Notes under the pieces: generated by a model
What the model was told of the DNA's origin: nothing
Database searches by the model: none
Seen by the model: only the letters and a program-made list of their open reading frames with translations
Origin: Octopus vulgaris
Taxonomy: Eukaryota
DNA length: 64,000 nucleotides
Direction of reading: 5' to 3'
NCBI GenBank assembly: GCA_951406725.2
Contig: OX597816.1
Span: forward strand, 122,140,001-122,204,000
Program-made: the position numbers and the translations under genes
Shown here: one piece after another, positions 39,378 to 53,129 of the stretch
Layout of the letters: each line of letters begins with the position of its first letter
Numbering within the stretch: the first letter of the stretch is position 1

Positions 39378-40069
39378 ACACACACACACATATATGCATT
39401 AATACGCGTATACACTGATGCCAAACTCACACATACTTATATTGTTTGGAACAGAAATTATCAGATTATGAGCGTTTTTAGAACATCCCATCGTTAAGGA
39501 AGTGGCTATTGGCCTAATGTAAAGCTACCGTTTTTATCCTATCTGAGAATCATGAAATAGATACTGAGTTGCTTTCATTATCACTGTATTTGAAACATAA
39601 AAACGTTAAAATTCGGTTTCTTCCGGCAATTAGAAAGAAATTAAAATTTTGTATGTTCTAGACATCATTATCGGTGGTTTATTAATTTTTTGATTTATTG
39701 TATTTCGCGATTAATATAGCTTCTAGGATTAATTTATAAAGTTTCCCTTACACTCTATATAGGAGAGCTGTGCTATCAACTATTATTTTTATAAATATAT
39801 TTTAGCATTGTGATGTGTATTGGTGTGGCTGCAATGGATCCTTGTAAATACGAGAACATGTGAAAAGATTTGGTAAGAGAAAACGAAAAAAAAAGCTCTT
39901 CTTCTTAATGATAACACTTTCATACAACATAGACATACATACACAAATTCATACATAAATGCATAGGTACATAAATACAGACATACAAACGAATATAAAC
40001 AGATATGCACACACACTCACACGTATGTATATATACACACACACACATATATATATGTATATGCATATA

Positions 40070-40128
<59 letters not shown>

Positions 40129-40241
40129 AAATATTAGGGAATAAATCCAAACTTACAGGGTAAAATCAGATTTAGGATTAAATCCAATTTTATAGTATAA
40201 ATATATTATATTATATTATATTAAATTAGAGATAAAACCAC

Positions 40242-40443
40242 TGTCAAAAATTGTGAAGCATGACTGTCACCACTATTACACGGACCTGAAGATTGCAGGA
40301 TTTAATGCATGAAAGTACTACTTCAATCAGAATGAACATTTAACATTCTATTATTTTATTTTATTTTATTATATTATATTATCTTATATCATTATAAGAT
40401 TGTAAATAAAACGTGAATATGACATGGTTGGAATTCCTTTTAA
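40242..40443 (+). mobile_element. Second, diverged copy of the 3' end of the 10317-12496 PLE, including an HHR at 40282-40324
   Basis: Aligns to about 12292-12492. Reads ggac-CTGAAGA-ttgca..tgcat-GAAA-gtac-TA-cttc and ends at the same point into (TA)n. Confidence 0.88.
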
Positions 40444-40508
<65 letters not shown>

Positions 40509-41048
40509 GATAAATATTATAATTATCCTATGAATGGGGATTACAGTCACAAAAAAAATATGGGATTTATGGAAATTCGCGTAGCAATGCATGAAAATAT
40601 TTATAAAATTTCATCCTTGGGTTGTTATTTTTACTATATATATCCAATGTTATTTCGGTAAGATCGGTACTACCCCATAAATTTTCTCTTGGAATTTGGA
40701 GTTACTTGGCAGTAGCCGGCATAATGATGTGGGAGGTGTCGTGCGCCCACTCAAAAAACTTATCCCGTAAACTAAATTAAAGGATACACACCCGCGCACA
40801 CACGTACATATTTATACATATACATGCATGTACATGTACATATCTATATTTATGATTGCATGTATGTTAGTACATATCTGTATCTGTTGCTCGAAACGTT
40901 AAACCAGCTTTCTTTCCATCCCTGAGTGTCTGCTAATACTTTACATGTACCACGTCCTCGCGTTGTTGTATTTTTTGTGTTTGTTCATCATCTTTTAGGG
41001 ATTTACTACACACACACACACACACACACGCGCACACACACACAAACA

Positions 41049-41127
<79 letters not shown>

Positions 41128-42553
41128 CGTTGCAGGCGCGTAGCGAAGTGGGTAGAGCGTTTGGCTCACGATTATATTTTCGTGGGTTCAGTTTCTTAGT
41201 CAGATCTCGCGTTATGTACTTGCGTAAGGCGCTTTATTCACACCGCTCCAGTCTATAAGCTGAAAAGGAGCAGCTGTGATCAGAGTTGACACGAACTAAG
41301 CACCTCAACCAGACCAATTTACTGAAATTACACACTTAGCTTCTTAACATATCACGATCCTTAGGCCTATCCTAGTTTATGTAACATATGCAGAAGTATA
41401 TCGATAGGTGCCATTTCAGGGTAGCTTTCTTATGTAATGTACTGGTTAGTACTCAGGACTCAGAATCCAGCAATACGAGATCGAGCCTCAGCTGTGGTTT
41501 ATACTTCTCCTTAACTTCAATTTTTCTGATTGACCTTTTTGTAAAAATCATTTCACTTGTTATTTCTTTCTTGGTTAATGTTGAGAGGAAGTTTGAATTG
41601 TGAAATGGCAATTTTATTTCTGCTCCTAAAGTTATAAATATCACAAACATCACAACTTTCCAGTTTACCACCTATAAAGAAGTAGTGCTTGTGTTCAATA
41701 AAAGAAAACAATCTAATTTTGTGAAATTTCAACTTTGGTATTTCACGAAAAATAATGGTAATTCAGAACTGTGCTGTACTTAGATAACTTGTGCGAACTT
41801 TTCTATAGATGAAATTAGAAAAATATATTTCCAAAATGTCGGTTGTATGATGTAAGATTTATCACTCTGTCTTATCTAAAAATTTTTACAAGTGTTCATT
41901 TAAAAATTAGCTCTAGATGTTTATGAAATAATTTATAATTTAAAGCGTATGAATAACTGAGTGAATAGAGAAGCAAGTACCTAAGCGTAAAATCGGTAGA
42001 TTTTGTACTCGTTTTGGCTTTGCAATATGTCAATGGACAAATTATTTTCCTACTCAGACAGCTTTTTACATCTAAGTGTAACGAAATAGCGCAAAGCAAT
42101 AGTAGTTTGACACTTCGGGTAGATATAACACTGTTGATCAGAGATAACTATACCTTAGTTAACATCTTCCTGTGGCAAACGCTACATGCAAGATAGTAGC
42201 CTTTCCAGAGATAGATATGATTCTGCATCGCTAGAAATAGCAATCGATTCTCCGTCAAATCACAACTTATCTTAAAAATAAAATGGAACCATTTGGTTTG
42301 ATATAGTCCTAAATACACAAAGTTTAAAAATAAAACAGTTAAATCATTATTAGAATATCTTCGTCTACGGGCATAGTCGGTCATGATTGACATGGGTCTT
42401 AACAACGATGATACGATAAATTTTTGCTGACTCTATTCTGTTCCCGAAGATGTATATTTAGATCCATACATAGTGGGTACATATGTACATTATATATATA
42501 TATATATATCTACACACACACGTAAATTCATATACATATATAGATATACTATA

Positions 42554-42598
<45 letters not shown>

Positions 42599-42639
42599 GT
42601 AGATATACTGTATATATATGTATATATATACACATATAT

Positions 42640-43022
42640 ATACTCTTTACTCTCTCTTTTACTCTTTTACTTGTTTCAGTCATTTGACTGCGGCCATGCT
42701 GGAGCACCACCTTTTAGTACTTATTCTATCGGTCTCTTTTTGCCGAACCGCTAAGTGACAGGGACGTAAACACACCAGCATCGATTGTCAAGCAATGCTA
42801 GGGGGACAAACACAGACACACAAACACACACACATATACATATATATACATATATACGACAGGCTTCTTTCAGTTTCCGTCTACCAAATCCACTCACAAG
42901 GCATTGGTCGGCCCGGGGCTATAGCAGAAGACACTTGCCCAAGATGCCACGCAGTGGGACTGAACCCGCAACCGTGTGGTTGGTTAGCAAGCTACTTACC
43001 ACACAGCCACTCCTGCGCCTAT
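42640..43022 (-). mobile_element. SINE family A
   Basis: Near full length, with a small internal deletion relative to 26545-27012. Confidence 0.88.
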
Positions 43023-43290
43023 ATATAAGTATATATATATGTATATATACATATATATATAAGTATATACATATATGTATATATATATCTATGCATATAT
43101 ATGTATTTATATATATATATATATATATGTATACACAAATATAAGAGAGTGACCACTATACCCTTTTACTCTTGCGCTAAAATTAGATCCGCTATGGTAT
43201 TAGCCACTAAAAATTGTTTCCAAGGAGAATCAGCACAACATTTTACGTAAACAAGCAGGGCAAATGAAAAATAACAAAACTATAGATTAA

Positions 43291-43363
43291 CTCTGGACAA
43301 TTGTTTCGCTATTAATGTATTATGCAATTTTACTTACACAACATCCATAGGTCATCAGCAGAA
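43291..43363 (-). ncRNA. Type I hammerhead ribozyme in the (TA)n-flanked island 43145-43598
   Basis: Reverse complement: ttctg-CTGATGA-cctat...atagc-GAAAC-aatt-GTC-cagag. Palindrome ACAATTGT. First stem II pair is mismatched. Confidence 0.72.
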
Positions 43364-45864
43364 TTTGTCTTGAATACAATTTATCAAACCGCACGCTGAA
43401 TTTTAACATAACGTCAAAACACCCGTGTGGTTTAATCGATTATACTCGCAGTTATGATTCAAATTCCCTCGCTAAAAGCGCGCTAAGACTTCCAGAAACA
43501 AATACTTATTGTATCCCTGGTTTTTATGCGCTAAGCCACTTGTTGTTAAATTGATGGTATTATTAAATTATTATCCAATTTTTCACCCTTATTTTTGATA
43601 TATATATATATGTATATATATATATTTATGTATATGTATATATATATGTATACATATATATGTATATATGTATGTATATATATATATATATATATCAAAG
43701 CTTTCCTCCACGCCACCCATATTCTTGGCTTGTATTTTCAGGTCAGCCACAAAAGAACAATGCGTTAGTTTGGTGCTACTGCTTTTCTGAGGGCCAATCT
43801 TATATCCGTCAGATTTCCTAATCAGAAAAGACAGGGGTTTACTAAAAGTTTAAATAATATCTCAAAGAGACTGTCACACCGAATAATACCGAGGTGATAC
43901 TGTATCCTATCAATGACAATAGAATCACTTCATGTATTTAACTTTACAAAGGTGGCCCAGGACGAAGTGAGGTAGTCTATGATCCTGATAAAGTTCCTGA
44001 TATCGAGAAATTTAACCAGTCGGAAGGACTCCAGCATCTACTATCGGAGAACAAGTCAGTTGATCGTACGTATGTACGTATGCATGTATGTATGTATGTT
44101 TGTATGTATTTATGTATGAATGTATGTGCATGTATGTATGTATGTATGTATGTATGTATGTATGTATGTGAATGTGAGTATATACATATTGCAACATTTA
44201 AAGAGTCACCGACCAATTTGAAACAAATGTCTTATAATATTTACATTAAAATCAAAACAGTTATTTCATAAATAAAAACAAAATACGCTTCGTGGAGATT
44301 TGACATCGGATTTCTCGTTTCAGAGTTGACATATTCTCTGATCTGTAGTATTATTGTTTAGCTTCAGTCAGCCCTGACTAAGCAGACCTAATGTTAAGCG
44401 TATTTCAGTTGCGAATATTTGTTTTTTTTTAAAAGTATTCAGGACTCCATTTTGTAATGTTCTATTTTCTTATTTAAAATAATAGGGAGTGATTTGATGG
44501 AAATTTGCCTGCTATTTCTCGCAGGTTGAGCAAAGTTGATTCTCGATCTATAAGGGTCGTAGTGACGGATGATATTTTTTATCTTTACCATCCAGCCTGT
44601 TCCTGTAGAACAGGAAAACTATACAGTGGGAACACTGTCGCTTCACGATAGTCATTTCCTGTGATTCTCTCTCATCGTCTTTACTATGTAACGTTTTTCA
44701 TAAAACATGCATTGCAACCATCCAACAAAAGGTTAATCTATCAAACTGAAGTTTTTTCTTTATTATCTGTCACCACTGGAGTTGACCATCAAAGACATTT
44801 CACGAATTACACTGAAAAGTTTAAATAATATGGATTTTCAAATACAAATTTGAACAGAATAACTATTTTAGCAGAAAGCTAATTTGTCTTTAAACGACAT
44901 TAAATATTTTCGAAAATGGCTAAAGGTGTGTACTGGAAAAATATGTGAATTCTAAAGTTGCAGGTAGGTTAGCTTTGAGAAAGTGTTGTAGTAAGAAACG
45001 AATATTTCAAGTTATTTTGGGATAATTAATAACATTTCATTATGTGATTCTCGCCTTCGGTACGCCTGAGCTACACACACACAAATTTGATGACAAACCC
45101 GCCCCCACACAAAATATTTCTCTCACTTTTACCTTTCTTTGCTTCACAGAGACTCGTACTCATTCACCTAAACAGTTACACGCATTAACATAAACATACA
45201 GACTCGCGCACACTCACACACAGACACATATACTTACAAACGCAGATATTCCACACATTCAACATTCGAGCAATTTAATATTGAAATGAAAAGAAATTTT
45301 ATTGCAAATCCTTTTTCTCTTCCGTTTACTTTTTTGTTTGTAATTTCATACTGACAAAGAAATAAAGAAAGAAAGAAAAATGTCTCGTGCTCATACATTA
45401 AAATTGATGTAGGTTGGTAGCTATTTCAAGATTTTAAAAACCTAAAATAAAGATCTGAATCGGGAAAATGTAATTACGAAAATTAAATTTTTCAGATTTC
45501 TGGCCCTTATTTCGGTTTCCGACAATACCTCTGTATTATTGATTTTATAATTTGAATTATAAAACGTGATAAAACCAGATATTTAAAATTTTCATTGTTT
45601 AGAAATTAAATAATTCTGAGTTATCACCTGCGTATTACAGAGTATGCATGTAGAAATAAACATACTGTTAATGCATTCGGAGTTAAAAAACAAAGTAAAT
45701 TAATTGAATGAAATATAGGAAGAGATATAATAAACATTTACAAACGTTACTGTTTCTACATAAATTTGACGTCATCAATAAATTACAACGTCATAGTAAA
45801 ATTTTTCGAAATAATAGACAACACATCATGAAGAAAATAAAAATAAATAAACCTAAATATATAT

Positions 45865-46240
45865 TGGTTTCAAAATTGGTTGGTACTTATTTTATCGACT
45901 CCAAAAGGATGAAAGAGCAAAGTCGATCTCGGTGGAGTTTGAGCACATCGTAAAGACGGACGAAATACCGCTAAGCACTTTGCCTGGCATGCGAACGATC
46001 CTGCCAACTCTCTTTATTGCCTGGGGGTGGGGGTGGGCTAAACATAGAGAGGACAAACAAGGACAGACAGGGGGATTAAGTCAATTACATCGACCCCAGT
46101 GCGTAACTTATTTAATCGAACTCGAAAGGATGAAAGGCAAAGTCGACCTCGGCGTAATTTGAACTCAGAACATAACAGTGGACGAAATACCGCTAAGCAT
46201 TTCGCCAGGCGTGCTAAAGATCCTGCCAACTCGGCGCCTT
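45865..46240 (-). mobile_element. Two adjacent SINE family B copies
   Basis: The core gacgaaataccgctaagca occurs at about 45959 and about 46181. Confidence 0.82.
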
Positions 46241-46663
46241 TAAACCTAACTATATATTAACCGTTGTATTCATAAAACATGTTTCTTTCTTTCTTTATTT
46301 CATACAAAGGTAATTACTCAAAAGAAATATAAAAAGTGCAGTTAGAAATTTATTATATTTCCAGGGTTAAATGTTTGATCAAATTTATTGTAGAAAGACC
46401 TCCAAGTAAAGTATCAACAAACGACGTATTCCTAACAAGAAAACTGGATGAAACGAAATGATAAAGGGTTAAATTTTAATCAGAATATTTGAAGGTATGT
46501 ACATATTGTGTTTTGATTACATATTCTAGTTCATTAACCTCTTTATCAACATCAAAGTTATTGATAGAGTATGGGAATCTATGACAGTCAACAAACTTCT
46601 ATTTTCTTCCTTAAATTGAATCCCTATATTTTCTGAAAAGGTCTTAGTGGATTTAACCGATAT

Positions 46664-46735
<72 letters not shown>

Positions 46736-46769
46736 GAACCAGATTTATCAACTAGCAGTGTTTTAGTAA

Positions 46770-47300
46770 TCAATTTGAAGAAAATCCATTGCACGAGAAT
46801 AAGTGAGGCAAGGACCGCTTTTCACCTGTTAAAAAAAGTATGGAGCGCAAGTGTAATTTCAATAAACAACAAAATAAGAATTTTTAACACTAACGTAAAA
46901 GCAGTGTTATTGTATAGGGCTGAGACATGGCGAACAACAGTTAAGTTAAATAAGCAAATGCAATCATTCATCAACAGATGCTTGCGTAGCATACTTAAAA
47001 TTAGATGGCCGAACACATAAGCAATATGGAGCTATGGCAAAGAACAAATCAAGTTTCGATTAGGGAGCAAATAATTAGAAAAGTTGGAAGTGGATTGGTA
47101 GCACAATTAGAAAAGAAGCACCAAATGTAGCGAAAAGTGCTTTAAAGTGGAAACCGGATGGCTATAGAAAGAGAGTTAGGTCAACACAAAAGTAACTAGA
47201 GAAATGGCAAAGTATAAGTACAGAAGTGAAAAATTATGCGACATGGAATTCAATTATAAGTGGCCTATACGCCGCGTTGGGGGGTTAAAGACAGAAACAA
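46770..47300 (+). pseudogene. RTE-clade LINE 3' fragment
   Basis: ARTAFHLLKKVW...KIRIFNTNVKAVLLYRAETW...FINRCLRSILKIRWP. Confidence 0.82.
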
Positions 47301-47806
47301 AAAAATGAACCAGATACAACAAAGTTATTTATATGTCAATTCTATAAATCAATAATTAACATTTTGGACTTTAAAATTAAGTTAACTAAGTTCGAATCTT
47401 GATAAACATTGCTGTTATTTATTTATATATTCACTTGACATTTTATTCATTCACGGTAGCGAGTATTTCGCTTAGCGTACAACGTGTATTGAATCTGAAA
47501 AGACATCAAACGTCAGACAATAACAAATCTGATTTTTTCCTCATTTTGACCTGTTGTTGTTAAGAACACATTCATTGATTTTCAAAACAAATTTTTTTTT
47601 TATTAATTTTCAAATTTTAAAAGAGAATATGTCAAGTCTGAGTAAAAAACTGACAAGTAAAAATAAAAACAAAGGAAAAATAGATTTAAATTTTGCCATC
47701 ATGCGTAGAGGTTAAGCGGCATATATACTCCACCCACAGACGTATGTATGTACGTATATATATGCATGTATGTATGTATGTATATATATGCATGTATGTA
47801 TGTATG

Positions 47807-47851
<45 letters not shown>

Positions 47852-47927
47852 ATAAGATCGATATTTAAATACCGATATTATCAGTTGGCCATATATAGGA
47901 ATAAAAAAACTTTCAAAAGTAATAATT

Positions 47928-48149
47928 ATTTAAAATTATAATTAAGGGTATCTAAGAGTATATATATATATATATATATTATACCACCACGATATGAAAA
48001 TAGCAGTCGAAACCTGACATAGGAATAAAACCACATTAAATGTTCATATATCACTAGGCTGTGATATAATGTGGTTTAATGTGGTTTTAGAGTCAAGTTT
48101 CGACTGCTATTTTCAGCGTGGTGGTATCTCTTAGACACCCTAAATTATA

Positions 48150-48153
<4 letters not shown>
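47928..48153. repeat. Short foldback between (TA)n tracts
   Basis: ataccaccacg..tgaaaatagcagtcgaaac and taaaaccacattaaa are mirrored at 48075-48127. Confidence 0.8.
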
Positions 48154-48204
<51 letters not shown>

Positions 48205-48772
48205 TTACTTGGAAATGGATGCGTCGTGTTCAATTAAATGATAAATTATAAATAATATATACAATATATATATATATTATTTATAAAATTTAAGATTTAT
48301 GGCGGGTCAAAGTTGGGAACACAAAATGACAGTGGAGACATACAAGGAAACCTAGCGAAAACAAACATGGAGGGTGGTTATACCAGAACGATAGGAAAAT
48401 AGTGAACGCTGGGAGAAAAAGTTTTTGAAGAGAAAAAAGAGAAACGATAGAAGAGAGAAAGAAAAACACGCCGTTCTCTTAAATGTCCGTGCAGGAAAAG
48501 AAAGATGGTCACAGTAGGAAAAGAATGATGGACGGTGGTCACGTGTGGGCAACGAGAAAGAAAGAGAGAGGGAGACAGAAAGTGAAAGAGGAGGAGTGAG
48601 AGAGAGAAAGAGGAGGAGCGAGAGACACACACACATAGAAAACGGTGAAGGAAGGAGGGGAGAAAAAGGGAATCAGAGAAGGAAGGAAGAAGAAAACAGT
48701 ATAGAGTAGAGTCGCATCAAAAAGGTGAAGATAAACGTACTTGGAAATGGATGCATCGCGTTCGATAGAATA

Positions 48773-48834
<62 letters not shown>

Positions 48835-49029
48835 AACGGCATATATGGGTACAGGACATCACCAACGGTGCATGAGAGAAAAACGAGTGAAGTACGTAAA
48901 CAACAAGGAAAAAATGGAAAGAAGGACCAGTAAACATAGAGAAATGGTCCTTCATCAGTTTTTGGCTGCCTATCTACTCCTCATTTCGAGCATTTCAATG
49001 ACAATATAGGTCTTGAAAGACAGTTGCTC

Positions 49030-49135
<106 letters not shown>

Positions 49136-49174
49136 GTAAATTGATCAAAATAAAAACATGATGCCAAGGATTCA

Positions 49175-49252
49175 GCGGTACATATGTTTCGGGCCTTTAT
49201 TAGACAGATTTATAACAATGCATAATGTATGTCTGTGGCCTTCTTCAGCCGC
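49175..49252 (-). ncRNA. Type I hammerhead ribozyme, left arm
   Basis: Exact mirror of 50689-50766. Confidence 0.8.
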
Positions 49253-50688
49253 GCACAACAACTTCCACAAGGACATGTGTTACATCAAAAATTCTTGGTT
49301 GGGGATGCAAATCCTCTCATTCGCGTACGACATAATGCGGCAGCAGCATAGAATTGAAGCGTCCATCTCGTTCTTCTCTCAATGTAGAATGAGGGAATTT
49401 AGATGTTGAAGTAATGTAAATAAGTTAACAAATAAATACATATATAGACGTGAAGGGACCTGGTGATAAGAGTAAATAGGGGTAAAGATGGAGGGGCGAG
49501 AATTCAGGACGAAGGATAAAAATATATATAAAAAGTGTAAGTATAGAAAAATGTAAAAGTGTAGAGTATAAAGATATAAAGAGATATAAGGAGATATAAG
49601 GGGGTATAAAGAATATAAAAAAATATAAATGAATATAAAGGTATCAAGTTATAAAGTAAAAATAGAAATAGAAATAAAAATAAAAATAAAAGCAAAAAAA
49701 TAAAAATAGGAATAAAAATACGAATAAAAAAAAAATATATATATATATATAAGGATAAGGGATGTATAGTGGTTACGGACCGAACATGGTGGTCAGGAAA
49801 ATGACAAAATCCAGTTGTAGAATCAACAGGGGCGTCTGGGGACTTAGTGTGTTGTAAATCAGATCTGTTGAGAGGTTAATCTAGTTCCTTGAGTTAATTG
49901 GTCATCTTGTACATACATACCAGCATGGATACATACACCCATATACACGCGCACATATACGCACGCATACACAGCTCCAAGCATATAAGCATACATACGT
50001 ACTCACGTGTAAACATATACAGAAACTCATATACACCCACACACATGCGCATGTATACATACATACAACAGAATATGCGTATATATACCCGGACATTATC
50101 CGTGTACATATACATATATACATGTGTGTGTGTGTATATATGACCACCATGTTCGGTCCGTAACCACTATACATCCCTTATCCTTATATATTTTTATTAT
50201 TTTTTTAAAATTATTTTTATTCGTATTTTTATTCGTATTTTTATTTTTTTGCTTTTATTTTTATTTTTATTTCTATTTCTATTTTTACTTTATAACTTGA
50301 TACCTTTATATTCATTTATATTTTTATATTCTTTATACCCCCTTATATCTCCTTATATCTCTTTATATCTTTATACTCTACACTTTTACATTTTTCTATA
50401 CTTACACTTTTTATATATATTTTTATCCTTCGTCCTGAATTCTCGCCCTCCATCTTTACCCCTATTTACTCTTATCACCAGGTCCCTTCACGTCTATATA
50501 TGTATTTATTTGTTAATTTATTTACATTACTTCAACATCTAAATTCCCTCATTCTACATTGAGAGAAGAACGAGATGGACGCTTCAATTCTATGCTGCTG
50601 CCGCATTATGTCGTACGCGAATGAGAGGATTTGCATCCCCAACCAAGAATTTTTGATGTAACACATGTCCTTGTGGAAGTTGTTGTGC

Positions 50689-50766
50689 GCGGCTGAAGAA
50701 GGCCACAGACATACATTATGCATTGTTATAAATCTGTCTAATAAAGGCCCGAAACATATGTACCGC
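50689..50766 (+). ncRNA. Type I hammerhead ribozyme, right arm
   Basis: gcgg-CTGAAGA-aggcc.agac...gtct.ggccc-GAAAC-atat-GTA-ccgc, palindrome ACATATGT. Confidence 0.8.
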
Positions 50767-50887
50767 TGAATCCTTGGCATCATGTTTTTATTTTGATCAA
50801 TTTACTCTTCCACCTACACCACCAAACGGTATATACAGGTGCTTACAATTATCAAGTACTCACCCCGAATTTCTATATATATATATG

Positions 50888-50976
<89 letters not shown>

Positions 50977-51164
50977 TAAGCAATAAAGGGTTTAGCAACG
51001 AATTGCCTTACCACATACCGAATTTAGAAATAGCAGTCAAAGAGTTATAGCTATTTCTTCTACTAAAAAGGGAGATCTCAGTAAAAAACACAGCAATTGG
51101 AAGGCAGACACAAACAGGTAAGAGAGAATGAATTGACGGCAATCTATCATACAATTTTAAATTA

Positions 51165-51264
51165 TCTACGGACGCACGTTTCGAAATCAAGTTTTTAGGA
51201 AAGCATGAGAATTAAATATTAAATAATTCTACGTTACCCAAACTTCTTTTCTCTTCAGCGTAGA
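51165..51264 (-). ncRNA. Type I hammerhead ribozyme, copy 1
   Basis: Reverse complement: tctacg-CTGAAGA-gaaa[long stem II]tttc-GAAAC-gtgc-GTC-cgtaga. Confidence 0.85.
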
Positions 51265-51544
51265 ATACTATAATCATAAGTGATTATATATTGAATTTTG
51301 AGATACTAGAAGGCACCAACTCAACTCAGTATCAGAGCGAGCTAGAATCCGCAACTAGTATCACCAAACTCAACGTGTGAATGAAAGGATTGTGTCACCA
51401 GCCCCTTCCCACCCGCGTGTAGCCAAAACAAGATGATATGGTCATCTACTGAGATAAAATATGGTTATCCGTAATAATGAAGGGTGAAATTAATTAATTT
51501 GGAATAATTATCTTGACGGCAATCTATCATACAATTTTAAGTTA

Positions 51545-51644
51545 TCTACGGACGCACGTTTCGAAATCAAGTTTTTAGGAAAGCATGAGAATTAAATATT
51601 AAATAATTCTACGTTACCCAAACTTCTTTTCTCTTCAGCGTAGA
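51545..51644 (-). ncRNA. Type I hammerhead ribozyme, copy 2
   Basis: Same motif as copy 1. Confidence 0.85.
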
Positions 51645-52140
51645 ATACTATAATCATAAGTGATTATATATTGAATTTTGAGATACTAGAAGGCACCAAC
51701 TCAACTCAGTATCAGAGCGAGCTAGAATTCGCAACTAGTATCACCAAACTCAACGTGTGAATGAAAGGATTGTGTCACCAGCCCCTTCCCACCCGCGTGT
51801 AGCCAAAACAAGATGCTATGGTCATCTACTGAGATAAAATATGGTTATCCGTAATAATGAAGGGTGAAATTAATTAATTTGGAATAATTATCAATTACAC
51901 CAAGTAGTCTTCGGCATGTAAAAGCCTCATTCGAGGAAAATTTAAGTAATACTAAGCAATAAAGGGTTTAGCAACGAATTGCCTTACCACATACCGAATT
52001 TAGAAATAGCAGTCAAAGAGTTATAGCTATTTCTTCTACTAAAAAGGGAGATCTCAGTAAAAAACACAGCAATTGGAAGGCAGACACAAACAGGTAAGAG
52101 AGAATGAATTGACGGCAATCTATCATACAATTTTAAGTTA

Positions 52141-52240
52141 TCTACGGACGCACGTTTCGAAATCAAGTTTTTAGGAAAGCATGAGAATGAAATATTAAAT
52201 AATTCTACGTTACCCAAACTTCTTTTCTCTTCAGCGTAGA
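52141..52240 (-). ncRNA. Type I hammerhead ribozyme, copy 3
   Basis: Same motif, with one substitution in distal stem II. Confidence 0.85.
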
Positions 52241-52327
52241 ATACTATAATCATAAGTGATTATATATTGAATTTTGAGATACTAGAAGGCACCAACTCAA
52301 CTCAGTATCAGAGCGAGCTAGAATCCG

Positions 52328-52417
<90 letters not shown>

Positions 52418-52492
52418 AAGCAAAGAAGCCAGTTTTAAATCTCTGAATGAGATCTAAGTAGTAAACATACTTCATAGTGAAATTTATTTGCC

Positions 52493-52621
52493 AACGTAAG
52501 GTGGCAGTCCTGCGTAGGACCATGTCTCTACCTTTTAATGCCAGGCAAACAGCTGGAAAATATATTTTCCTGGGTTTAAAAGATAGTGACATGCTCCTAC
52601 GCAGGACTTCCACCTTACGTT
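52493..52621. repeat. Foldback repeat, same family as 35846-36092
   Basis: aacgtaaggtggcagtcctgcgtagga mirrored as tcctacgcaggacttccaccttacgtt. Confidence 0.85.
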
Positions 52622-52638
52622 GACATTTAGATTTTACG

Positions 52639-52719
<81 letters not shown>

Positions 52720-53129
52720 TGTTGGTGGTTTATTCAATCTGTAGTGAAAGTTTCTATTGTTTACATCGAGAAAATGTAAAGGTTCACTTCAAGAAAGGGA
52801 TTGTAAGGCTGCAAATTACAACTGTACGAATTATCCTATAAGTGAAAAGTTTGTTTTATTTCTGTGGTGTGAAATTCTGCTAAAATTCTCAAAGGCTAGT
52901 GTATGTAGAGAAGGTAATCTGAATGAAAGCAATTAAGTAAAATTGAAAGTCAAAGAAGGCGAAGGAATGTCCTAGCTGTTGAGCTTCAGGAACATGTGTC
53001 GTATCGTACCGTTCTCCAAAGCCACCATCAGTGTCTCCTTTTGTTCAGGAGCAATCTGATGTATCGGTGAAAAGTCAATGGTGTTGGAAAGCATAAAGAT
53101 AAAAGTATTAGTTGAGAAAAAGTTAACTG

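Larger units (their letters stand above)
49136..50805. mobile_element. Long foldback PLE/retrozyme-type module (arms 49136-49795 and 50141-50805, 345-bp spacer)
   Basis: Arms are near-identical reverse complements (mirror ORFs 49158-49409 and 50532-50783). An outward HHR sits on each arm, with (TA)n outside. Confidence 0.9.
50975..52330 (-). mobile_element. Tandem retrozyme-like array (596-bp monomer plus a 380-bp deleted unit) in (TA)n
   Basis: Near-identical direct repeats with HHRs offset by 380 and 596 bp. The first sequence (atactaagcaataaaaggg) recurs at about 51950. Confidence 0.88.

Noticed and set aside
41453-41690. Possible minus-strand exon after ttctttatag
   Set aside because: No recognisable domain and no partner exons. 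Needs RNA-seq.
48920-48965. Minus-strand CTGATGA followed by a 7-bp hairpin (aggacca/tggtcct)
   Set aside because: No GAAA or UH follows, so it is not a complete hammerhead.
50975-52330. CRISPR-like array
   Set aside because: Units are hundreds of bp long with no unique spacers, in a eukaryotic context.
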